Assembly: GCF_963921235.1 (NCBI RefSeq)
Contig: NC_086107.1
Location: 116,190,001 to 116,254,000 of the forward strand
Reading direction: 5' to 3'
DNA: 64,000 nucleotides
Source of the DNA: Mobula hypostoma
Taxonomy: Eukaryota
In this document: positions 23,493 through 33,994 of the stretch, piece after piece
How the letters are laid out: every line of letters starts with the position of its first letter
Numbering within the stretch: the first letter of the stretch is position 1
The notes under the pieces: generated by a model
The model's database searches: none
What the model was told of the DNA's origin: nothing
The model's input: only the letters and a program-made list of their open reading frames with translations
Program-made: the position numbers and the translations under genes

Positions 23493-25450
23493 TCATGATT
23501 CCGCTGACTGTTTCCCTCCCCCAAGATGTCCACCAAGGGGTATCTTGTGGGCCAGGTTAAAAATCTCATCCCCATAACTCTTTTGCACCACCCCCCATTC
23601 CTCATCGGCGGTACTTGCTCTCCCTTCCTTCCTTAGCACCTCCCCCTTCACACCATAATTCACTGGCTCCCTTCCTAATTCTGATTCACAGAGAGCTGTT
23701 TCCTCGTCTCGCTCCTGTGCCTGTATAAAGTCCTTCTTTTCTAATGATAAATCTACCTTAATTTCCCCACTTCCTCCTGTTTCATTACACTCCTTCTTTT
23801 CACTTTCTACCCCCTCCTCGTACAAAGCTGGCAGAAACGTCTCAGCAGTCTCTCTGGACATACAGCGAGTCACTGTGCAAATAGGACGAACCTGTGAGTC
23901 CATGGGCAGGGCCTCAATGCTGGCAGGCTGACCTGTCAATCTCACTGCCGAGAACACAATTCTCCCGGCGAGGTCATTACCGAGCAAGACTTCCACGCCT
24001 TTCATCGGTAATTCGGGCCTCACCCCGATCGTGACTAGTCCAGAGACCAAGTGGCTCTGTAGGTGTATCTGGTGCAAAGGGACTGACTCAGTCTCTTTTC
24101 CAATGCCTTTTATGACCCTGACTTTCCCAGTCTCGGTCTCTGAACTAAAGTCTAACACACCCTTTAATATCAATGACTGACACGCTCCCGTGTCTCTCCA
24201 GATCCGTACTGGAACTGGGTTTAACCCCTCCTTCACTGACACTAATCCAGCTGAGATAAACCTCTCGCGCCCTTCCTGAACTTTGGCAAACCTTTCCTCT
24301 CCTAGCGGTTTGTTTACCAGCTCAATAAAGCCAGTCAAAATCGCCGTTTTTCCTTTTCCCGTCTCCTTCTTTGGGGCAAAGCACCTGGACGCAAACTGTC
24401 CGGCTTTCCCACAATTATAACATACGACCCCAGGAGACTTCCTACCAAACTGCTCCCGGTCTACCTTATCCTTCTCACTAGTCCCCGGCTTATTTTCTGA
24501 CTTTTCCGGCGGACTCTCCCCGCCGTCCTGACTACCCTTCTGGTAGCCTTTACTCAGGGCAAACTTCATTTTATGCATCAACGCGTACTCATCCGCTAAC
24601 TTAGCAGTTGCGGCTAACGTGGCTGCCTCTTACTCATCTAGGTAGGGTCTCATACCCTCAGGGACACAACCTTTAAACTGCTCAATCAGGATCAGCTGTA
24701 GCAGTCTGTCATAATCCCCATTTACCCCTTTCGAGGCGCACCAACGCTCACATTCTGCATCTCATGGGCAAACTCCAAATACGTGCGGTCCCACTGCTTC
24801 CTCGCATTCCAGAACCTCTGCCGGTATGCCTCCGGGACCAACTCATAAATCCTGAGGATGGCCTCTTTCACCACCTCATACCTCTGGGCATCTTCCGCTG
24901 ACAAAGCCGAGTAAGCTTGTTGGGCTTTCCCTTTCAGTACACTCTGAAGCAAAACAGCCCACTTATCCCTCGGCCAGTCCTGACTTGCAGCAACTTTTTC
25001 GAAATGGAGAAAGTACCGATCCACATCGGTATCGTCAAATGGGAGAACCAGCCTAACCTCCTGGGTCGCCCTGAACCCTCCACCTTGGTTCGGCATGGGC
25101 CCCTGCTCTGCCCTTATCTTTAACTTCTCCAGCTCGAATTCCCTTTCCCTCTGTTTCTCTTCGTGTTCTAGCTGCCGTACCCGGAACTCGTGCTCGAGTC
25201 TCAGTTTTTCAAGCTGCACCTGTACTGCGTCTCCACCAGGTTTTCCAACAGATATCACTTCCATCTCCCCTTGGGGAAACACACCTTTAGATACATAGTG
25301 CTCTACGATAGCTCTGTGTATCTCCTCTCTCCTCATTGTTGACTTCCCCTTAACAAGATTCAACCGTTTGGCCACAGCTGCCAATTCCGCTTTCCTGGCA
25401 TCCTCAAATGCCTCCAAGGTCGGCGCCTTTAGAAATTCCTCAATCTCCAT
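23493..25450 (-). pseudogene. LTR element gag(SCAN)-protease reading frame, broken by a frameshift and a stop near 24600-24760
   Basis: ORFs 24722-25450 and 23493-24581: YFLHFEK, VPEAYRQRF, CYNCGKAGQFASRC, RDTGACQS, LLGNDL, LAHKIPLGGHLG. Confidence 0.88.
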
Positions 25451-25549
25451 TTCTGCTGTTTGCCTTTTCTTTCTTTCGGGAATTTTAACCCAATCAATTT
25501 ACCCCATCCCAAATTTAGTGTTCGAAATCGCGGACGAGAACCCCACTTA

Positions 25550-26427
25550 TGTTACGTACCCCGTAACTGGGTTGCCAAACCAGCAGAAATGGACCACTCA
25601 GTTGGAGTCTGGATTACTGGAACTAAGGAAGTTTTATTAGAGAAATAAGCAACACAGTACTCTAATAGAAAGGATATAAATGCAACAGGTTAGCAATGAA
25701 TAAACACACATGTACACAGAACTAGGATAATAGGGTCAATCAAGCTCTATCACAGTCTAGGGGTAAGATGATCAATCACAAGTAACAGAGTTCAGTTTAG
25801 TTCAGTTCGCGGTAATCACCGTCGTGCCATTGGAGAGAGAGAAACGAATGAATATGCAAATCAGATTCCAAACAGACCTTCGATATTCCTTGCAGTTAGC
25901 TTTTGGGTGAGCCCTTTGTAATGTCTTTTGAGGTCACCAACTGTGACCCCTCCATTCCAGACACGATCGTTCTTCAGCGGTGAACCCGGCACCCAGGCAA
26001 GGGCGGACACACACCAGGTTCCCGCCGACTGTATCTGTCCACCCTGTGCATCTATGGCTGGTCCAGCGACCAGACCTCCAAAACTCCCACCGACTTGTGG
26101 GGGCGCACCACTTCCAGGGTCTCGTTACCTCGTGGTGTCTTAGCGAACCTGCCCCTTTTTATCCCCCTGCTGGGGTATCGCCTGTCCATCACACTTCAAG
26201 CAGTTCAGGGTTCAACAGGAGCCGGTCTTGACAATACTCAGACTGGTGTTTCCTTCCATTAAACTCTCTCGTCTCTTCATTAACATTTCCAAATGCTGCT
26301 CCATTGTCTTACTTATCTCTCTTTCTCCTGAAGACAGGTGGCAGATCAACTGCTGTTCCCACTGGTGCCAGCAGAGGACAGTTAACATCTTAGTCTATGT
26401 GTACTTTTGTAACCCTCTTTTGTCACA
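25550..26427 (-). repeat. 5' LTR
   Basis: Direct repeat of 21578-22482; adjacent to the PBS. Confidence 0.95.
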
Positions 26428-27393
26428 CTGTGGATAGACCTCAAAAGAGCAGTGCATGCAAGACGGGCCAAGAATCTCACAGAACTAGAAGAATGGGCAA
26501 AAATCCCCCAAACAAGAATTAAAAGAGTCTTAGCTGGCTACAGAAAACGTTTACAAGCTGTGATACTTGCCAAAGGGGGTGTTACTAAGTACTGACCATG
26601 CAGGGTGCCCAAACTTTTGTTTTGGGCCCTTTTCCTTTTTTATTATTTTGAAACTGTAAAAGATGGAAATAAAAAAGTAACCTTGCTTAAAATATTAAAG
26701 AAATGTGCCATCTTTAACTTTATGCCTTTTGGAAATCAGGTCATCTTTAACTCGCTTAGCTATTCACAGTAACAGAAATTTTGACTGGGGTGCCCAAACT
26801 TTTGCATGCCACTGTATGTCCAAAACTATAATTCATGATCCATAAGTTCTACATCCACTGCAGTTTGCCTACAGATGATGCACTTAACAATAATCTGGAC
26901 TTCATACCACAACACCTCAGGGTATTTTTTAAGAGCAAAAAGAATTGCAAGGGACAAAATTGGTCCTCTGGAAGGTCGGAGTGGTAATCCATGTGTGGAG
27001 CTGAAAGAGCTGGGAAGATCTTTAATGGACTTTTTGCATCTGTATTTCCTCAGGAGACGGACACAGTGTCTATAGAAGTGAGGCAAAGCAGCACAAGGTC
27101 ATGGGCCCCTGTACAGATCACAGAGGAGGAGGTGTTTGCTGTCCTGAGGCAAATCCCCAGGGCCTGACAAGCTGTTCCCTCGGACCCCACGGGAGACAAG
27201 TGTAATAATTGCCAGGGCTCTAGCAGAGATATTTAAACTTCCTTAGCGACAGGAGATGTACCGGAGGATTGGAGGATAGACAACGTTGTTCCATGGTTTT
27301 AAAAAAAAGGCTGCAGACATAAACCAGGAAACTATAGGCTGGTCAGTGTGACACCAGTTGTGGGAAAGCAGAAAGTGTTGGAAGGGTCTGGAT

Positions 27394-28090
27394 ATAGAAC
27401 ATAGAATAATACAGGACAGTACAGGCCCTTCGGCCCACAATGTTGTGCCGACCCTCAAACCCTGCCTCCCATATAAGCCCCCACCTTAAATTCCTCCATA
27501 TACCTGTCCAGTAGTCTCTTAAACTTCACTAGTGTATCTGCCTCCACCACTGACTCAGACAGTGCATTCCACGCACCAACCACTCTCTGAGTAAAAAACC
27601 TTCCTCTAATATCCCCCTTGAACTTCCCACCCCTTACCTTAAAGCCATGTCCCCTTGTATTGAGCAGTGGTGCCCTGGGGAAGAGGCGCTGGCTATCCAC
27701 TCTATCTATTCCTCTTATTATCTTGTACACCTCTATCATGTCTCCTCTCATCCTCCTTCACTTCAAAGACTAAAGTCCTAGCTCCCTTAATCTCTGATCA
27801 TAATGCATACTCTCTGAACCAGGCAGCATCCTGGTAAATCTCCTCTGTACCCTTTCCAATGCTTCCACATCCTTCCTATAGTGAGGTGACCAGAACTGGA
27901 CACAGTACTCCAAGTGTGGCCTAACCAGAGTTTTATAGAGCTGCATCATTACATCGCGACTCTTAAACTCTATCCCTCGACTTATGAAAGCTAACACCCC
28001 ATAAGCTTTCTTAACTACCCTATCCACCTGTGAAGCAACTTTCAGGGATCTGTGGACATGTACCCCCAGCTCCCTCTGCTCCTCCACACT
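27394..28090 (-). mobile_element. 5'-truncated young CR1 (same subfamily as 16735-20372)
   Basis: Near-identical 3' end including AYMGGRV* and the tail. Confidence 0.92.
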
Positions 28091-28683
28091 ATATAATTAT
28101 TTGGATGGATATGGACTGATTAAGGATAGTCAGCATGCTTTGTGGTGGTAGATCATGTCTCTGGAAGCCTGTGACTAGTGGTGTACCGCAGGGATCAGTG
28201 CTGGGCCCTTTGTTGTTTGTCATCTCTAGCACTGATCTGGATGATAATGTGGATAACTGGATCAGCAAATTTGTGGATGACACCAAGATTGGGGGTGTAG
28301 TGGACAATGAGGAAGATTATCACAGCTTGTAGTGGGATATGGACCAGCTTGAAAAATGGGCTAAAAAATGGCAGATGAAATTTAATGCAGACAAGTGTGA
28401 GGTTTTGCACTTCAGTAGGACCGGCCAGGGTAGGTTTTGAGCAGTGAATGGTAGGGCACTGAGGAGTGTGGTAGAGCAGAGGGATCTGGGAATGGAGGTC
28501 CATAAGTGACATCACAGGTAGGTAGGGTCATAAAGAAAGGTTTGGGCACATTGGCCTTCATAAATCAAAGTATTGAGTACAGGAGATGGGATGTTATGTA
28601 GAGGTTGTATAAGACATTGGTGAGGCCTAATTTGGAGTGTTGTGTGGAGTTTTGGCATTTACCTACAGGAAAGATGTAAACAA

Positions 28684-29735
28684 TCAGAATCAGGTTTATT
28701 ATCACCGGCATGTGACATGAAATTTGTTACTTAGCAGCAGCAGTTCAATGCAATACATAATCTAGCAGAGAAAAAATAATTTAAAAAGTAAATCAATTAC
28801 AGTGTATACGTATAATGAATATATTAAAAAGTGAGGTAGTGTCCAAAGCTTCAGTGTCCATTTAGGAATCGGATGGCAGAGGGGAAGAAGCTGTTCCTGA
28901 ATCGCTGAGTGTGTGCCTTCAGGCTTCTGTATCTCCTACCTGATGGTAACAGTGAGAAAAGGGCATGCCCTGGGTGCTGGAGGTCCTTAATAATGGACGC
29001 TGCCTTTCTGAGACACCGCTCCCTGACGATGTCCAGGGTACTTTGTAGGCTAGTGCCCAAGATGGAGCTGACTAAATTTACAACCTTCTGCTGCTTCTTT
29101 CGGTCCTGTGCAGTACCCTCCCCATACCAGACAGTGATGCAGCCTGTCAGAATGCTCTCCACAGTACAACTATAGACGTTTTTGAGTGTATTTGTTGACA
29201 TGCCAAATCTCTTCAAACTCCTAATAAAGTATAGACACTGTCTTGCCTTCTTTATAACCAACCAGGTTAGGTCCTCAGAGATCATCTCACCCAGGAACTT
29301 GAAACTGCTCACTCTCTCCACTTCGGATCCCTCTGTGAGGATGGGTATGTGTTCCTCCGTCTTACCCTTCCTGAAGTCCACAATCAGCTCTTTCGACTTT
29401 CTGACGTTGAGTGCCAGGTTGTTTCTGTGACACCACTCCACTAGTTGGCATATCTCACTCCTCTACGCCCTCTCGTCACCACCTGAGATTCTACCAACAA
29501 TGGTTGTATCATCAGCAAATGTATAGATGGTATTTAAGCTATGCCTAGCCACACAGTCATGGGTATAGAGAGAGTAGAGCAGTGGGCTAAGCACACATCC
29601 CATGAGGTGCACCAGTGTTGATTGTCAGCAAGGAGGAGATATTATCACCAATCCACACAGATTGTGGTCTTCCGGCTAGGAAGTCGAGGATCCAGTCGCA
29701 GAGGGAGGTACAGAGGCTCAGGTTCTGTAACTTCT
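28684..29735 (-). mobile_element. Rex1/Babar LINE, 5'-truncated
   Basis: ORF 28851-29441 WCHRNNLALNVRKSKELIVDFRK...LLPSGRRYRS...FFPSAIR; (CTGATT) tail; TSD-like TGTAAA(C/T)AA. Confidence 0.9.
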
Positions 29736-29997
29736 GTAAATAACAATGAAAGAGTAAAAAGAAAATTTACAAGGATGTTGCTGAGTCTGGGGGACCTGAG
29801 TTAGAAGGAAAGATTGAATAGGTTAGGACTTTATTCCTTGGAATGCAGAAGATTGGGAGGAGATTTGACAGGGGTATGCAGAATAATAAGATGTATAGAC
29901 AGGGTAAATGCAAGCAGGCTTTTTCCACTGAAGTTGGGTGGGACAACAACCAGAGGTCATGGGTTAAGGGTGAAAGGTGAAAAGTTTAAGGGGAACA

Positions 29998-32002
29998 AAT
30001 TAGCCAGAGAAAGTACAAATTAGCCAGAGAAAGTGGCTCACCTGAGGACTGGGAGAAATTCAGAGTTCAGCAGAGGAGGACAAAGGGCTTAATTAGGAAG
30101 GGGAAAAAAGATTATGAGAGAAAACTGGCAGAGAACATAAAAACGGACTGTAAAAGCTTTTATAGATATGTAAAAAGGAAAAGACTGATAAAGACAAATG
30201 TAGGTCCCCTGCAAACAGAAACAGGTGAATTGATTATGGGGAGCAAGGACATGGCAGACCAATTGAATAATTACTTTGGTTCTGTCTTCACTAAGGAGGA
30301 CATAAATAATCTTCCAGAAATAGTAAGGGACAGAGGGTCCAGTGAGATGGAGGAACTGAGCGAAATACATGTTAGTAGGGAAGTGGTGTTAGGTAAATTG
30401 AAGGGATTGAAGGCAGATAAATCCCCAGGGCCAGATGGTCTGCATCCCAGAGTGCTTAAGGAAGTGGCCCAAGAAATAGTGGATGCATTAGTGATAATTT
30501 TTCAAAACTCGTTAGATTCTGGACTAGTTCCTGAGGATTGGAGGGTGGCTAATGTAACCCCACTTTTTAAAAAAGGAGGGAGAGAGAAACCGGGGAATTA
30601 TAGGCCGGTTAGCCTAACGTCGGTGGTGGGGAAACTGCTGGAGTCAGTTATCAAGGATGTGATAACAGCACATTTGGAAAGCGGTGAAATGATCGGACAA
30701 AGTCAGCATGGATTTGTGAAAGGAAAATCATGTCTGACGAATCTCATAGAATTTTTTGAGGATGTAACTAGTAGAGTGGATAGGGGAGAATCAGTGGATG
30801 TGGTATATTTGGATTTTCAAAAGGCTTTTGACAAGGTCCCACACAGGAGATTAGTGTGCAAACTTAAAGCACATGGTATTGGGGGTAAGGTATTGGTGTG
30901 GGTGGAGAATTGGTTAGCAGACAGGAAGCAAAGAGTGGGAATAAACGGGACCTTTTCAGAATGGCAGGCGGTGACTAGTGGGGTACCGCAAGGCTCAGTG
31001 CTGGGACCCCAGTTGTTTACAATATATATTAATGACTTGGATGAGGGAATTAAATGCAGCATCTCCAAGTTTGCGGATGACACGAAGCTGGGCGGCAGTG
31101 TTAGCAGTGAGGAGGATGCTAAGAGGATGCAGGGTGACTTGGATAGGTTGGGTGAGTGGGCAAACTCATGGCAGATGCAATTTAATGTGGATAAATGTGA
31201 AGTTATCCACTTTGGTGGCAAAAATAGGAAAACAGATTATTATCTGAATGGTGGCCGATTAGGAAAAGGGGAGGTGCAACGAGACCTGGGTGTCATTATA
31301 CACCAGTCATTGAAAGTGGGCATGCAGGTACAGCAGGCGGTGAAAAAGGCGAACGGTATGCTGGCATTTATAGCGAGAGGATTCGAGTACAGGAGCAGGG
31401 AGGTACTACTGCAGTTGTACAAGGCCTTGGTGAGACCACACCTGGAGTATTGTGTGCAGTTTTGGTCCCCTAATCTGAGGAAAGACATCCTTGCCATAGA
31501 GGGAGTACAAAGAAGGTTCACCAGATTGATTCCTGGGATGGCAGGTCTTTCATATGAAGAAAGACTGGATGAACTGGGCTTGTACTCGTTGGAATTTAGA
31601 AGATTGAGGGGGGATCTGATTGAAACGTATAAGATCCTAAAGGGATTGGACAGGCTAGATGCGGGAAGATTGTTCCCGATGTTGGGGAGGTCTAGAACGA
31701 GGGGTCACAGTTTGAGGATAGAGGGGAAGCCTTTTAGGACCGAGATTAGGAAAAACTTCTTCACACAGAGAGTGGTGAATCTGTGGAATTCTCTGCCACA
31801 GCAAACTGTTGAGGCCAGTTCATTAGCTATGTTTAAAAGGAAGTTAGATATGGCCCTTGTGGCTACAGGGGTCACGGGGTATGGAGGGAAGGCTGGGTTC
31901 TGAGTTGGATGATCAGCCATGATCATAATAAATGGCGGTGCAGGCTCGAAGGGCCGAATGGCCTACTCCTGCACCTATTTTCTATGTTTCTATGTTTCTA
32001 TG
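29998..32002 (+). mobile_element. Young 5'-truncated CR1 with an uninterrupted 557-aa RT ORF (30230-31903)
   Basis: [36 protein letters not shown]; (TTTCTATG)3 tail. Confidence 0.96.
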
Positions 32003-32389
32003 AGGGGACACTTATTCAGTCAGGGGGTCGGGGACCGTGAGAGTGTGGAATGAGCTGCCAGCACAAGTGGTGCTTGCAAAGTTCAATTCCAACATTTAAG
32101 AGAAGTTTGGATAGGTAAATGAATGCTAGGGGTTGGGAGCGCAATGGTCAATAGGATTAGCACACAAGAGCTTGACTTCAATGTTTAAGAGAAGTTTGGA
32201 TAGGTAAATGAATGCTAGGGGTATGGAAAGCTGTGGTTCCGTGCAGGTCGATAAGAGTAGGCTGTTTAAGTAGTATGGCATGGATTAGATGGGCCAAACA
32301 GCCTGCTTCTGTGCTGTAGTTTTCTATGATTCTACACCAGTGACTGCATCTCCAGTGATCATTGGTTAAACTGATAATGAGGGCGGACG

Positions 32390-33270
32390 TCACCACTGTC
32401 GTCGGACTAATGGCCAGAGAAGACGAATCCAATATCAGCAGGAAGTGAAGAAATCACAACAGCTCGGAGATGAAGGCCCTGCAAACGGTAGAGACACAAA
32501 CCGACTTCAGGGGGAATGTGTCTCCTCCCCACCCACTCAGCATCTACAGTTTCAATGCTCAGTAACATTGTTCCCACTGGGAGGAAGAACTACATATCCT
32601 CAGTAACAAAAAGGCTCGGCAGAGGATGTACTTCCTACAGCAGTAGGTAAAACTCCATCTTCCCCAGAATGTACCAGTGTAATTCTTCACTGCCATCACA
32701 GAGAGTATCCTCACGTCAGCCATTACCTTCGCCTTTGGTTCAACACCCTCTCACAGCACACAGAAACTACAGAGAGTCAGCAGGTCAGCAGAAAAGATCA
32801 TTGTCCGCAGTCCACCATCATGGCCGGCCCAGTGTGTGTGTGTGTCCAGGACAAAGGGGGCAGGAAAATCCTTGCAGGCACTTCCCACCCACACAGCAAA
32901 CTTCCCTTTCCAAAAGCTCCCTTCTGGAAAGTGCTATAGGGTTAAATAAATATCAAAATCTTTCCACCATTTTAAAAACTCCTTCCTCCAGGCAACTAAT
33001 CTGAACAACCATTCCAGTTAGCCCCACCTCCATTATCTATTACCCGGCACTGCACTGCCTCTCAAAGTGTTAAACCACTTTTTAGAATGCTTGGGTTGTA
33101 CTGTAAACACAGGCTGCTGTTTATGCATATTTTATTCCATACCTGTAACCTCCAACTTTATTTTGATGTAGTTATTTATTCTTTATACCTCTTTTGTTGC
33201 AAGATGCACCAACAAACCACAGCAAATTCCTAAAGCATGCAGTGGTATATAGAAAATGTTTGATTCTTGT
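32390..33270 (+). mobile_element. Degenerate Rex1-like LINE fragment
   Basis: Remnants (aggctcggcagaggatgtacttcct; ctcccttctggaaagtgctat). Confidence 0.55.
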
Positions 33271-33858
33271 TAAAAGCATATTAGCAAGGTAACCCCCCTC
33301 CTTCACTCTCTCCTCTCTTCCCTTCTCATTCTCTCTCTCTCTCTGTCTCTTCCTCACTTCCTCACTCACTCTACATCTCTCTCCTCTCTCTGCCTCCTTC
33401 CTCTCTCTCTACCTGTCTGTCTCTTTCTTTATCCCCTCTCTCCCTCTATTCCCTCTCCCTGTCTGTCTCTCTCTTTAACTCTGCTCTGTCTTTCTCTCCC
33501 CCTCTCTCTCTCTATCCCTTCTCTCCCCCCTCTCTCTTTAACCCCTCTCCCTCTGTCCCCTCAGTCACTACGCAGAGAGCAGGGAGAGAACGGTGCCATG
33601 GGAACCTAGAGTTTGGCTCTGCAGAGACCTGGACAGCCTGTCCTTTCATTTGCTGACAACAGGTACAGAGTCCACACTGACCCACCCAGTCACACCCCAC
33701 CTCCTCCAACCCCCGCCTAAGGGAGCCAAGCTGAGCCAGCAGTAGGCTGGAATGTGCCTGGACAGGCTCGAATGAGACCGGGACAGAACTGATCTGACAA
33801 GGGGGCAGAGGTTGGTGCTGGAGTAGTGAGAGGGAACCCGGGCAGGAAGAGCGGTACG

Positions 33859-33994
33859 ATGTTTCCACTGCTGCTAGCTTTCATCGCTCTGGCTGGATAC
33901 ACACTGGCCTCCGCCTGGTTTCTCCGACACCCATGGGTGCTCCACAGGAGGAAGAGACTGGCGTTCCAAGCCCGGCACATCTCCCACCGCGGAG
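33859..33994 (+). CDS. GDPD3: GDPD3 exon 1
   Basis: MFPLLLAFIALAGY...HISHRG, donor G|gtcagt. Confidence 0.9.

Larger units (their letters stand above)
21578..26427 (-). mobile_element. Gypsy/Gmr1-type LTR retrotransposon, internally deleted (non-autonomous)
   Basis: LTRs 21578-22482 and 25550-26427 (TGT...ACA); 4-bp TSD CTGT; tRNA-Pro-like PBS 25525-25545; PPT at 22483; gag with SCAN-like domain and CCHC knuckle, DTG protease, integrase zinc-finger start, RT/RNase H remnants. Confidence 0.95.
16597..26814 (+). mobile_element. Tc1/mariner DNA transposon (DD34E, IR/DR type), disrupted by three nested insertions
   Basis: TA|CAGTGGTATGCAAAAGTTTGGGCACCCC ... GGGGTGCCCAAACTTTTGCATGCCACTG|TA. Transposase starts at ATG 20399 (GEGYKKIAK, RSGRSRK, TDEVK, QQDNDPKH, SPDLNIIEYLW) and has stops and frameshifts. 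Inner direct repeat near 26600. Confidence 0.95.
26930..32330 (+). mobile_element. Older CR1 copy split by three younger LINE insertions
   Basis: Collinear CR1 ORF2 pieces at 26930-27393, 28091-28683, 29736-29997 and 32001-32330. Confidence 0.8.

Noticed and set aside
30230..31903. 557-aa RT ORF as a host gene or a retron/DGR-like system
   Set aside because: Standard 5'-truncated CR1 ORF2 with a CR1 tail and sister copies in the window
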